In this document: positions 18,555 to 26,720 of the stretch, one piece after another
Position numbering within the stretch: the stretch's first letter is position 1
How the letters are laid out: every line of letters starts with the position of its first letter
Assembly: GCA_045113695.1 (NCBI GenBank)
Contig: JBGUJG010000142.1
Coordinates: forward strand, 419 to 64,418
DNA from: Christensenellales bacterium
GTDB lineage: Bacteria > Bacillota > Clostridia > Christensenellales > Aristaeellaceae
DNA length: 64,000 nt
Reading direction: 5' to 3'
The notes under the pieces: generated by a model
Told to the model about the DNA's origin: nothing
The model's input: the letters and a program-made list of their open reading frames with translations, nothing else
Databases searched by the model: none
Made by a program: the position numbers and the translations under genes

Positions 18555-19142
18555 TTATATGGAACCGTCATCGGCCAGGAGGATCTTGCCGTCCTCGATG
18601 CCGGTGACGATTGCCAGGCTCAGGAGGTTGACACCCATGGCGCGCAGGTTCTTTCCGCCGTCCTGGAAGCCCTTTTCGATGGCGATGCCGACGCCGACGG
18701 TTTTGGCGCCCAGCTGGCGGACGATGTCCATCATTCCGCGCACGGCGTTGCCGTCCGCCAGGAAATCGTCCACGATCAGCACCCGGCTGCCGATGGGAAT
18801 GTAGCGCCGGTCGACCAGGATGTGGTTTTCGCACTTATGGGTGAAGGAGTAGACGGAAGACTGGGCCATGTCGCCGGACTGGTTGGCCGCGGCGGACTTC
18901 TTGGCGAACACCACCGGCAGGCCGCCCAGGGCATGGGCGGCGGCGACGGCGATGGCGATGCCGGAGGCCTCGACCGTCAGCACCAGGGTCGGCCGCTCGG
19001 GACGGAAATGCGCCGCCAGGGCTTCGCCCATGCGGAACAGCAGGCCGGTGTCGATCCGGTGGTTCAGGAACATGTCGACCCGGACGATGTCCGACCCGAT
19101 GCCGCGGCCGTAGGTCCTGATGGCTTCTGCCAGCTCCCGCAT
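18555..19142 (-). CDS. xpt: xanthine phosphoribosyltransferase
   Basis: 195 aa: MRELAEAIRTYGRGIGSDIVRVDMFLNHRIDTGL... and the PRPP loop VLIVDDFLADGNA. Confidence 0.9.
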   Translation of the reverse strand: MRELAEAIRTYGRGIGSDIVRVDMFLNHRIDTGLLFRMGEALAAHFRPERPTLVLTVEASGIAIAVAAAHALGGLPVVFAKKSAAANQSGDMAQSSVYSFTHKCENHILVDRRYIPIGSRVLIVDDFLADGNAVRGMMDIVRQLGAKTVGVGIAIEKGFQDGGKNLRAMGVNLLSLAIVTGIEDGKILLADDGSI

Positions 19143-19159
19143 GAGGATTCCTCCCGTAA

Positions 19160-19173
19160 AAACACGAACATTA
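19160..19173 (-). promoter_or_regulatory. PurBox-like site in the xpt leader
   Basis: The minus strand reads TAATGTTCGTGTTT. It shares the core AATGTTCG with the site at the purR promoter (54196..54211). About 11/14 matches to the B. subtilis PurBox consensus as I recall it. Confidence 0.3.
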
Positions 19174-19190
19174 AACAGGAAAACGCTATA

Positions 19191-19219
19191 ATTATACGGA
19201 GTAATTCATCAATTGTCAA
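19191..19219 (-). promoter_or_regulatory. consensus sigma-A promoter of the xpt-nucleoside ABC operon (TTGACA-17-TATAAT)
   Basis: The minus strand reads ttgacaattgatgaattactccgtataat, leaving a leader of about 42 nt before the xpt ATG. Confidence 0.7.
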
Positions 19220-19310
19220 CCCCGGCAGGTTCCGGCCGGCATTGTTTGACAAATGAACAAAACACTTGATATATGAGCGTTATTAATATGTTCAAAAAAC
19301 AGTCCAAACG

Positions 19311-19341
19311 AAAAAAGGGAAGAATCCGCGGAATTCTTCCC
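19311..19341 (-). terminator. intrinsic terminator of the CotH/NusG-II/Gx operon
   Basis: Minus strand: gggaagaat-tccgcgg-attcttccc followed by TTTTTT. Confidence 0.75.
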
Positions 19342-19381
19342 AAATCGTCTATGTACGGAGTGATATTCGGAAAAACTTTTT

Positions 19382-19909
19382 TTACCGGAGGGAGAACCGC
19401 TTCATCCGTTTCAGCACTTCCCGGGCCAGCATCCCGGTCAGGGCGCCGGTCGCCAGGCCGATCGCCATCAGGACCGCCAGATAGGAAAGCATCGTACGCG
19501 GGGCCACCTCCGGCATCAGCACAAAGGCGGCCAGCACCTGGCCGACGTTATGAAAGACGGCCCCCGCCATACTGACCACGATGACGCTGACGTCCCTGAT
19601 CCGGCTTAAGGGGATCATCACCAGCAGGCTCAGCACGCCGCCGGACAGGGCGAACATCATGGAATTGATGTTGCCGAACATCAGGGCGCTCAAAAGCACC
19701 TTTAAGGCCATCAGCACCAGGGTCATCGGGATGTTCAGCAGGTACAGGGAAAACAGCAGCACCCCGTTGCTCAGGCCCAGCTTGACTCCGGGGATCGGAA
19801 TGATCGGCGGAATCAGGGACTCGATATAGCCCAGGATCAGCATGATGGCCAGCAGCAGCCCGCTCAGGGCGATTTTCTGCACGGACAGGCCGGATTGCTT
19901 TTTTTTCAC
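19382..19909 (-). CDS. Gx transporter family protein (PF07456-like, 'heptaprenyl diphosphate synthase component I' fold)
   Basis: 175-aa, 5-6 TM protein: LSGLLLAIMLILGYIESLIPPIIPIPGVKLGLSNGVLLF. Confidence 0.75.
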   Translation of the reverse strand: MKKKQSGLSVQKIALSGLLLAIMLILGYIESLIPPIIPIPGVKLGLSNGVLLFSLYLLNIPMTLVLMALKVLLSALMFGNINSMMFALSGGVLSLLVMIPLSRIRDVSVIVVSMAGAVFHNVGQVLAAFVLMPEVAPRTMLSYLAVLMAIGLATGALTGMLAREVLKRMKRFSLR

Positions 19910-19991
19910 GGCGCGCTCCTTTCAGCGGATGTGTCTGCCCGGACGGCAGTTTCCTGCGCAGACGGTGCAAAACGGCTCCGCCTGCTGCCCC

Positions 19992-20573
19992 TCACTGTTT
20001 CTGCGGCTGGCTTTTCAGCAGCTCGAGCATTTCTTCGGTCGAGTAAAGCTCCAGCGTTACGCCGTTGGGCAGACAGATGATGTAGCCGCCCAGAATGCGG
20101 TTCTGCTTGTTTTCCAGCGTCACGGTGCCTTCCCCCACGCAGAGCTGATTGTCGCAGGTGGAGGAAGCCATCGTCACGCTGTCCGTCGTCACGTGGACCA
20201 CGTTGACCTTGGTTCCGTTCTCCTGGCGGATGGTATAATTGCCCTCCTGCTTCAGCGGGATGGGGGAATAGGTGACGTTCCCGACGCTGATCAGCAGCCA
20301 GGCCCGGACTTCTTCATCCGACAGGGGGGCGGCGGCCGGCTCAGGAGTTTCCCCGCTTTCCTCCGCGTGGGCAGCGCGGGCGTCCGGCCAGAAAAGGAAA
20401 CGATGGCTGTGTGCATGAGGGATGGACGCCGACGGTTCAAATTCCAGCTCCAGCTCGGTCACATCCTTATGGATCACCGGAGCGCTCTTGGGGACCAGCA
20501 GGCTCGCGCCAAGAACCAGGAGGATCAGGGCGGCGAGCACGGACAGGATCGCCAGGTTTTTGTTCTTCATCAC
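19992..20573 (-). CDS. NusG domain II-containing membrane-anchored protein (DUF1312-like)
   Basis: N-terminal TM. C-terminal CDNQLCVGEG...IICLPNGV motif typical of the NusG_II proteins that pair with Gx transporters. Confidence 0.7.
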   Translation of the reverse strand: MMKNKNLAILSVLAALILLVLGASLLVPKSAPVIHKDVTELELEFEPSASIPHAHSHRFLFWPDARAAHAEESGETPEPAAAPLSDEEVRAWLLISVGNVTYSPIPLKQEGNYTIRQENGTKVNVVHVTTDSVTMASSTCDNQLCVGEGTVTLENKQNRILGGYIICLPNGVTLELYSTEEMLELLKSQPQKQ

Positions 20574-20585
20574 GGCACGGCTCCT

Positions 20586-22565
20586 TTAATCGGAAGCGTT
20601 CGTTTCATTGAGCAGGTGGAGCGTATCTCCGAAGATGGATTCGACCTCGCTGTCCGTCAGTTTCATGGCGGCCTTCAGCAGGTCGGGGACCTTGAGCGGC
20701 CGCACCCGGGCGTAGTAGCGGGCGGAACGGATGTTGAGGTCCCATTTTTCCATCGTCAGGTTTTTCCACCGCTCGATGTGGCGGGGGAGGATCGCCCCGA
20801 TATCGCTTTCCCACTGGTCAAAGACGGCCCGCACGTCCGGCCAGGAAAAATGCTTCACCATGATTTCGGCCACCCGGGTCAGGAAAGCCGTCTTCATTTC
20901 GGGCACGTTCAGCAGGGCGTTCAGCGGCTCATGCCGGAACCCCTGAATCTTGCCCTTCACGGGCTTGATATAGTATTCCAGCGGGGTCTTCTGGACGGAG
21001 TTGAAGCAGGCTTCCACGTCAAACAGCAGGTACTTCCATTTGCCGCCGGGCACCCGGTACAGGCGGACGTTCGTAAAGTCCTTGTTGCCCAGGATAATCT
21101 GGTAAGCGGCGTGGGTGAACAGGCTGTTTATGTCCAGCCGGTCGGTGACATAAGCCAGGTTTTCCGGGTCGTTCAGGTCGTTTTTCTTGCAGAAATCCGC
21201 CAGGGCCACCCAGTCTTCCCCGGAGCCGTTCGAGGTAAAGCGCTCGGTGCCGGTGCGGGAGATCAGGTCGATCCGGTCGATTGTATCCTCGTCCGTGATC
21301 GGGATCCCTTCCCACTGGGCGACCATGTATTTGTTGATCTTTTCCCGGAGGTTGTAATGCCCCCAGTACCGGCCGTTGATGTAGACCTGAATGCACAGGG
21401 CGTCCTGGTAGCAAAGGTCTTCTCCTTCGGCCAGGGCGGTGCCGACCACGTCGCGCAGCCGGCAGAAAAACGCGTCCGAATTGGCTGCGCGCAGCAGCAG
21501 CGAGTGATAGCTTTCGTAATCCCGGTGGGGGAAGGGACTGAACGCAAAGGACTCCGGCCCGTAGGCCTTGCGGGCGTACAGGGCGATCGAGCGCTGGGTG
21601 TTCTGCCGGGCGGAGTGGCCGGCCGCCGTAAACGAGCCGGTCTGGCTGATCAGCAGGAGGCCGTTTTCATCCAGATACTCGATGTGGACGGGGTATTCCA
21701 GCTCTTTTTCGTAGTTGGGCACGGAGCCGCTTCCCTTGACCAGGGCGCCGGTTTTCGCATCGAACAGGTATTTGTTGTCCGAAATCAGGCAGACCACCGG
21801 AGTGTGCAGGTCTTCGCCGATCAGATAAGTACCGCCGGCGCAGGGGGAGGAAACCAGGGTGTCCGAAAACGCTCTGACCCGGAGCGGGGCGGTTTTTTTG
21901 ATTTCGAGCCCGGATGCCGGGAAGACGGGGGATTTTTCCGTCGGGGTCTCCCCGTCGAGGGTGTAGCGCAGGACGGCGCCCTCCCCGCCGGATACGGTCA
22001 CGGTCACCGACCTGTCATACATCCCGCCGGCAGGTGTCAGCACAGGTTCTGAAAGACGTCCGGACAGGGCCTTTCCGACGTTCTTTTTGCCGGGGGTCGC
22101 GGTTTCCAGGAAACCGTAACCGGCTCCGTCTGCGGCCAGGCCGTAGGAGACGTTCCCGTACTGCCGCGGCAGCTTCAGGGCCTGCTGAAGGTTTCCTTCC
22201 GCGTCGCTCAGGTAGATGGTCCCGCCCTTGGCGGAAATTTTGAAATCGGCGTAGAAAGTTTTGTTTTTGCCTTTGGAAAGGGAAGGGTCGCCGGTGCAGT
22301 ACACCAGCAGATATGCCCCTTTGGCAAGCTTTGTCCCTTTCGGGAAGGACCAGCGGGCCAGGTCAAATCGGCTGTCGCTTAAGCACCAGCCGCTCAGGTC
22401 CATCTGGCCGGAACCGCCGTTGTACAGTTCGACCCAGTCGTATGCATGGCCGTTCTGCCAGACGCCGTTCTGCGCCATCACCTCGCTGATGACGGCTTCG
22501 CCGCACGCGCAGACGGACAAGAGGAGCAGACAGAAGACCAGGACGGAAAAAACAGTTTTTTTCAT
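20586..22565 (-). CDS. secreted lamin-tail-domain (LTD) + CotH kinase family protein
   Basis: Signal peptide. LTD motif ISEVMAQN...DWVELYNGGSGQMDLSGWCLSD. CotH core (YINGRYWGHYNLREKI, LGNKDFTNVRLYR, LFDVEACF). Confidence 0.85.
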   Translation of the reverse strand: MKKTVFSVLVFCLLLLSVCACGEAVISEVMAQNGVWQNGHAYDWVELYNGGSGQMDLSGWCLSDSRFDLARWSFPKGTKLAKGAYLLVYCTGDPSLSKGKNKTFYADFKISAKGGTIYLSDAEGNLQQALKLPRQYGNVSYGLAADGAGYGFLETATPGKKNVGKALSGRLSEPVLTPAGGMYDRSVTVTVSGGEGAVLRYTLDGETPTEKSPVFPASGLEIKKTAPLRVRAFSDTLVSSPCAGGTYLIGEDLHTPVVCLISDNKYLFDAKTGALVKGSGSVPNYEKELEYPVHIEYLDENGLLLISQTGSFTAAGHSARQNTQRSIALYARKAYGPESFAFSPFPHRDYESYHSLLLRAANSDAFFCRLRDVVGTALAEGEDLCYQDALCIQVYINGRYWGHYNLREKINKYMVAQWEGIPITDEDTIDRIDLISRTGTERFTSNGSGEDWVALADFCKKNDLNDPENLAYVTDRLDINSLFTHAAYQIILGNKDFTNVRLYRVPGGKWKYLLFDVEACFNSVQKTPLEYYIKPVKGKIQGFRHEPLNALLNVPEMKTAFLTRVAEIMVKHFSWPDVRAVFDQWESDIGAILPRHIERWKNLTMEKWDLNIRSARYYARVRPLKVPDLLKAAMKLTDSEVESIFGDTLHLLNETNASD

Positions 22566-22568
22566 AAT

Positions 22569-22859
22569 CTACAGATACTTTTCGTTGACCGGGCGGGCCT
22601 TCCGGCTGTCCGGGTCAATGTATTCGATCTCCATCCGGTCGAAGCGGACGGCTTCAATAAAATGCTCCGGCATGAAACGGACCAGGCCGAACTGCTCAAA
22701 ATCCCGCTCATGCCTGGGCAGGACGCAGGGACGCTGCAGGTCCAGCCGGCGGCAGGCTTCCGTCAGGGCCTCTTCCCAGTCCTGCCTTGCGCAGGGAATC
22801 ATTTCGTCCTGCGCCGTTCTGCCGTGCCGGATCAGCTTTACCCAGATACCAGCGGCCAT
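22569..22859 (-). CDS. hypothetical 96-aa protein, translationally coupled to the CotH gene
   Basis: GGAGG lies 9 nt before the ATG at 22859 (MAAGIWVKLIRHGRTAQDEM...). Its stop is 3 nt from the CotH start. I recognise no family. Confidence 0.55.
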   Translation of the reverse strand: MAAGIWVKLIRHGRTAQDEMIPCARQDWEEALTEACRRLDLQRPCVLPRHERDFEQFGLVRFMPEHFIEAVRFDRMEIEYIDPDSRKARPVNEKYL

Positions 22860-23068
22860 TTGATCTTTCCTCCAGTGCAACAAGCGATGATGTGACGGTT
22901 CAACCCCCTGATTCCTTTGTTGTGCCCTTGGCTGTGCGGAGGGGGGGCCGCAGGAGGGGGGTGTTGCAGAGTCAAAACTACAATACGCCCTTTGTTATCA
23001 ACAGAAATGGAAATTATAACAAGTTATGCAACAAGGAATATCAGGAAATCAACAATTTAGGGTGGTTT

Positions 23069-23278
23069 GGAGGGGCCGCAGCCCCTCCATTTCAAATCCG
23101 CAGCAGCGACATGTGCGGTGCGAGGAGAATTTTTGCGGAGCGGAGCTTGCCCCGCTGGAGCAAAAATTCTTTCCTTGCGCCTTTGCCGCCCGGGAGCGTC
23201 AAAGACGCGAGAGGCAAAGGCGAGGGGGGTTCCCGACAGGGGGACGTGTCCCCCTGTCGTGGGCTGTGCAACAGCCCC
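23069..23278. repeat. serial hairpin island A (5 consecutive perfect stems)
   Basis: Stems are 23069-88 (8 bp), 23126-70 (11 bp), 23178-222 (10 bp, with an inner 5-bp stem at 23196-208), 23234-59 (12 bp) and 23261-77 (7 bp). The last one belongs to the 27-nt element, copy B (23252..23278). Confidence 0.8.
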
Positions 23279-23358
23279 GTAATTATTATCTCACAGGTCC
23301 TGTCTGATTGCAAGCCTGCTTTCCACGGAAGAAAATGATAAAACCTGTAAAAAATGGA

Positions 23359-23387
23359 TTGACGAAATGGAAAAAAAGGGATAGAAT
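23359..23387 (+). promoter_or_regulatory. sigma-A-like promoter of the LacI/glycan locus (TTGACG-17-TAGAAT)
   Basis: ttgacgaaatggaaaaaaagggatagaat, 39 nt upstream of the lacI-family ATG. Confidence 0.5.
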
Positions 23388-23393
23388 AAGTTC

Positions 23394-23407
23394 TGCAAAC
23401 GATTACG
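23394..23407 (+). promoter_or_regulatory. LacI-family/cre-like operator half-palindrome (TGCAAACGATTACG)
   Basis: 12/14 match to TGWAANCGNTNWCA, located just downstream of the -10. Confidence 0.35.
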
Positions 23408-23425
23408 GAAACGGGCGATCACAGG

Positions 23426-24427
23426 ATGATAACACTCAAAGACATAGCATCCGTCTGCGGTGTATCGGTAGCCACCGTATCCCGAGCGCTGAACGGCAGC
23501 GGCGATATCAGCCCCGCGCAGGTGGAAAGAATCTGCCGGACCGCCCGGCAGATGGGTTACGTGCCCAACGCGGCCGCCAGAGCGCTGAAGACCAACCGTT
23601 CCTTCATGCTGGGCATTCTGTATGAGGACCAGATGGATCACGAGTATTTTTCCCTGGTGATCGAAGCGATCCGGCGCCGGGCGGAAGAACGGGGGTTTGA
23701 CCTGACGTTTCTGTCCCGCAATACCGGGGACGGGAACGCCGATTATCCGGAGCACGCCGCCCGCCGCAACCTGGACGGGGTGGTGCTGGTATCCTGCCGG
23801 TGGGAAGATGACAGCGTCCAGCGCATGCTGGCCGGTCCCATGCCCTGCGTGGCGATCGATTATTCCCGGAACGGCTGCGACACGGTGTCGAACGACAATC
23901 TGGGCAGCATGCGGGAACTGGTCAAAGAAGCCTTTTCCCGCGGATACAGGCGGATCGCCTTCATTCACGGGGAAGACGGCTATGTGACGGAAAACCGTCT
24001 GGCCGGGTTCAGGGAAGGGCTCCGGGCGTGCGGCCTTCTGGACACGCCGGAATATATCCGCGCGGCCCGTTTCCGCCGGGCGGAAGCTTCCTGGCAGGAA
24101 GCCAGGGCGCTGATGGCCCTGCCCAAGCCCCCGGACTGCATCCTGTTTCCGGATGATTTTTCCCTGATGGGCGTGATGGATCAGCTCCGCCAGCAGGGGC
24201 TCAGCGTGCGGGACTGCTTTGCCGCCGTCGGCTACGACGGGATCGGGCCGTCCGGGTACTTTTACCCCAGGCTGTTCACGTACCGCCAGGATACGGAAGC
24301 GATCGGACGGCTCGCGGTGGACAGACTGCTCAGCCGCATCCTGAACGAACAGGAACAATGGGAGCCCGGCGAAGTGATTGTGCCGGGAAAGATGCTGGAG
24401 GGGGATACCCTTCCCCTCCGGCCCTGA
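23426..24427 (+). CDS. LacI family transcriptional regulator
   Basis: HTH MITLKDIASVCGVSVATVSRALNG plus a periplasmic-binding-fold effector domain. Confidence 0.92.
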   Translation: MITLKDIASVCGVSVATVSRALNGSGDISPAQVERICRTARQMGYVPNAAARALKTNRSFMLGILYEDQMDHEYFSLVIEAIRRRAEERGFDLTFLSRNTGDGNADYPEHAARRNLDGVVLVSCRWEDDSVQRMLAGPMPCVAIDYSRNGCDTVSNDNLGSMRELVKEAFSRGYRRIAFIHGEDGYVTENRLAGFREGLRACGLLDTPEYIRAARFRRAEASWQEARALMALPKPPDCILFPDDFSLMGVMDQLRQQGLSVRDCFAAVGYDGIGPSGYFYPRLFTYRQDTEAIGRLAVDRLLSRILNEQEQWEPGEVIVPGKMLEGDTLPLRP

Positions 24428-24494
24428 TACGGGTGAAACCGGCTCAGCCGGATCGCCATAGACTGCAACATCTGAAACCATCAACGAGGAGGAA

Positions 24495-26642
24495 ATGACG
24501 ATGAAAAAGTGGTTGTCCCTTGTGCTGACGGCAGCGCTCCTGCTGTCTGTCGTTTCCGGCGCGTCCGCGTGGACGTTCGGCGCCTGGGAGCCGGAGCAGA
24601 AGCCCGCGGCCGAAGAATCCCAGACTCCCGCCGAAGCGCCTGCCGAAGAACCCGCGGCTGAGGAACCCGCGGCGGAAGAAGCCGCGGCGGAAGAACCCGC
24701 AGCCGAAGCGCCTGCGGCTGAAGAACCCGCGGCGGAAGCGCCCGCAGAGGCGCTGGCCTACATCATGTACGCGGATGCCGCCTGGGCTGTCCAGTACTGG
24801 GCGTCCGAGACGGAAGGCGTGACCGCGAAGAATGCCGTCGTCACCGGCGAGGGCGACTACACGGTCGGCCTGGAGTTCGCGAATGAAGCGCAGGGCCTGG
24901 CCTTCACCGCTCTGGGCATCAAGAACGGCGAAATCCTGTTCCCCGGCTACTATCTGATGATCAACGCGATCCGCGTCAACGGCGAAGCGATTGAATTCAC
25001 CAAAGGCTGCACTTCTTCCGACGACGGCGTCGAGACCCGCATGAACATCTACAACGAATGGGTTTCCGGCGTGCCCGCTGACGGCCGCAGCTATGACGGC
25101 GATCTGGAAGGCGTCTCCGCCATCATCGTGGACAAAGAAGCTTTCGCTTCCGTCAAGTCCGTGGAGATCGACTTCTCCCTCCTCAAAAACGGCCTGGACG
25201 CCGCTTATATCATGTATGCCGATACCGCCTGGGCCAACCAGTACTGGGGCACCCCCGCGGAAGGCGTGACCGCCACGGAGGCGGAGATCACCGGCTTCGG
25301 CGATTATACCGTCGGCCTGGAATTCGCGAATGAAGCGCAGGGCCTGGCTTTTGCCGCCCTGGGCATCAAGAAGGGCGAAAAGACCTACGGCGGTGCGTAC
25401 CTCCGGATCAACGCGATCCGCGTCAACGGCGAGGACGTGGCCTTCACCAAGGGCTATACCAGCTCTGATAACGGTGTGGAAACCCGCATGAACATCTACA
25501 ATGAATGGGTGAGCGAGATCCCCGCCGACGCCCGCAGCTTCGACGGCAGCCTGGAAGGCGCTTCCTGGATCATCGTGGACAAGGAAGCCTTTGCTTCCGT
25601 GAAGACCGTGGAAGTCGATTTCTCCCTGCTGCCCGTGACCGACGTGGCGTACATCATGTTCGCGGACAGCACCTGGACGAACCAGTACTGGATGGACGGC
25701 AATGAATACCCCGTCACCGTGCAGACCGCCGAAGTGACCGGCCCCGGCACCTACACCGTGTCCCTGGCTTTCGACACCCCGGCCAGCGGCGTCGCTTTCA
25801 CCGCCGTCGGCGTCAAGAAGGGCGAAACCACCTTCCCCGGCTACTTCATCGACGTCAAGTCCGTGAAGATCAACGGCGAGGAAATTGCCGTGGGCAAGGG
25901 CTACACCTCTTCTGACGACAAGATTGAAACCCGCGAGAACCTCTTCAACGAATGGGTAGCCGAAATCCCCGCGGACGCCCGCCGCGCGGACGGCGACCTG
26001 GAAGGCGCTTCCGCCGTCATCGTGGACAAGGCAGCCTTCGCGGAAGTCTCCACCATGGAAGTGACCTTTGATTACATCTTCGGCGTGGCCCCGAAGGCTG
26101 AAGACGGCCCGATGAGCGAAGACGACGCCAACGCCCTCAAGGCGGAAGGCTTCAAGGCCTATATCGGCGTGCAGGGCAAGGATACCTACGTGTTCCGCAA
26201 CGCCTGGAACGACAGCTACGGCCTGAACGACGAGGTCAATCCTTTCTTCTACCGCCTGACCGGCTGGGATGAAAGCAACAACGCCGTGGACTACGGCGGC
26301 ACCTTCGTGGATGCCGACATCACCGCGGACGGGGAATACACCGTCTCCCTGACCACCGGCGAAATGGGCTTCGGCAGTACCGAGGCGTTCAACCTCCTCT
26401 TCGTTTCCACCAACATCCCCAGCAAGCTGGTGGCGGACGGCTTCCTGACCATTTCCGGCGTCAAGACCAAGATCGGCGACGCCCGCACCCAGGAGTATAC
26501 CGATGTGGACGTTTCCGGCGACTATGTCCGCCTGGTGGTGCTCGATTCTTACAACCGCACCAGCGAGCCCTTCGGCTACACCGTGCCCGGACCTGACACG
26601 ACGATCTCCATCACCTTCACCGTGAGCGGCATGGGCCAGTAA
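24495..26642 (+). CDS. secreted tandem-module protein (signal peptide, EEPAA linker, 3 close + 1 divergent ~147-aa modules), function unknown
   Basis: GAGGAGG RBS. SPase I-type signal (VVSGASA/W). Modules start near 24753, 25199, 25644 and 26150 (AYIMYAD.AW..QYW ... NIYNEWV..IPAD ... IIVDKEAFASVK.VE.DFSLL). No LPXTG, lipobox, SLH or dockerin seen. Confidence 0.85.
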   Translation: MTMKKWLSLVLTAALLLSVVSGASAWTFGAWEPEQKPAAEESQTPAEAPAEEPAAEEPAAEEAAAEEPAAEAPAAEEPAAEAPAEALAYIMYADAAWAVQYWASETEGVTAKNAVVTGEGDYTVGLEFANEAQGLAFTALGIKNGEILFPGYYLMINAIRVNGEAIEFTKGCTSSDDGVETRMNIYNEWVSGVPADGRSYDGDLEGVSAIIVDKEAFASVKSVEIDFSLLKNGLDAAYIMYADTAWANQYWGTPAEGVTATEAEITGFGDYTVGLEFANEAQGLAFAALGIKKGEKTYGGAYLRINAIRVNGEDVAFTKGYTSSDNGVETRMNIYNEWVSEIPADARSFDGSLEGASWIIVDKEAFASVKTVEVDFSLLPVTDVAYIMFADSTWTNQYWMDGNEYPVTVQTAEVTGPGTYTVSLAFDTPASGVAFTAVGVKKGETTFPGYFIDVKSVKINGEEIAVGKGYTSSDDKIETRENLFNEWVAEIPADARRADGDLEGASAVIVDKAAFAEVSTMEVTFDYIFGVAPKAEDGPMSEDDANALKAEGFKAYIGVQGKDTYVFRNAWNDSYGLNDEVNPFFYRLTGWDESNNAVDYGGTFVDADITADGEYTVSLTTGEMGFGSTEAFNLLFVSTNIPSKLVADGFLTISGVKTKIGDARTQEYTDVDVSGDYVRLVVLDSYNRTSEPFGYTVPGPDTTISITFTVSGMGQ
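24633..24749 (+). repeat. about 8 tandem 15-nt units encoding (E/A)EPAA linker
   Basis: gaagaacccgcggct / gaggaacccgcggcg / gaagaagccgcggcg / gaagaacccgcagcc / gaagcgcctgcggct ..., in frame within the CDS. Confidence 0.85.
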
Positions 26643-26720
26643 TCCAATATCCATTCAGGCGGAGCGGAGCAGGCCCGGCGGCCTGCTCCCTCCGCCTTCG
26701 CCACATGAGGATATGCAAAG

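Noticed and set aside
19143-19300. Looked for a guanine/xanthine (purine) riboswitch upstream of xpt.
   Set aside because: The consensus promoter leaves a leader of only about 42 nt. No UAUAAUCGCG...CCGACUA-type junction sequence is present.
23026-23307. ORFs of 70-180 aa inside the 22.9-23.4 kb spacer (22787-23338, 23026-23307, 23067-23282, 23092-23313).
   Set aside because: They have no RBS. Their translations are dictated by the palindromes (for example RERQRRERQRR). All frames and both strands are open, which is typical of repeat DNA rather than genes.
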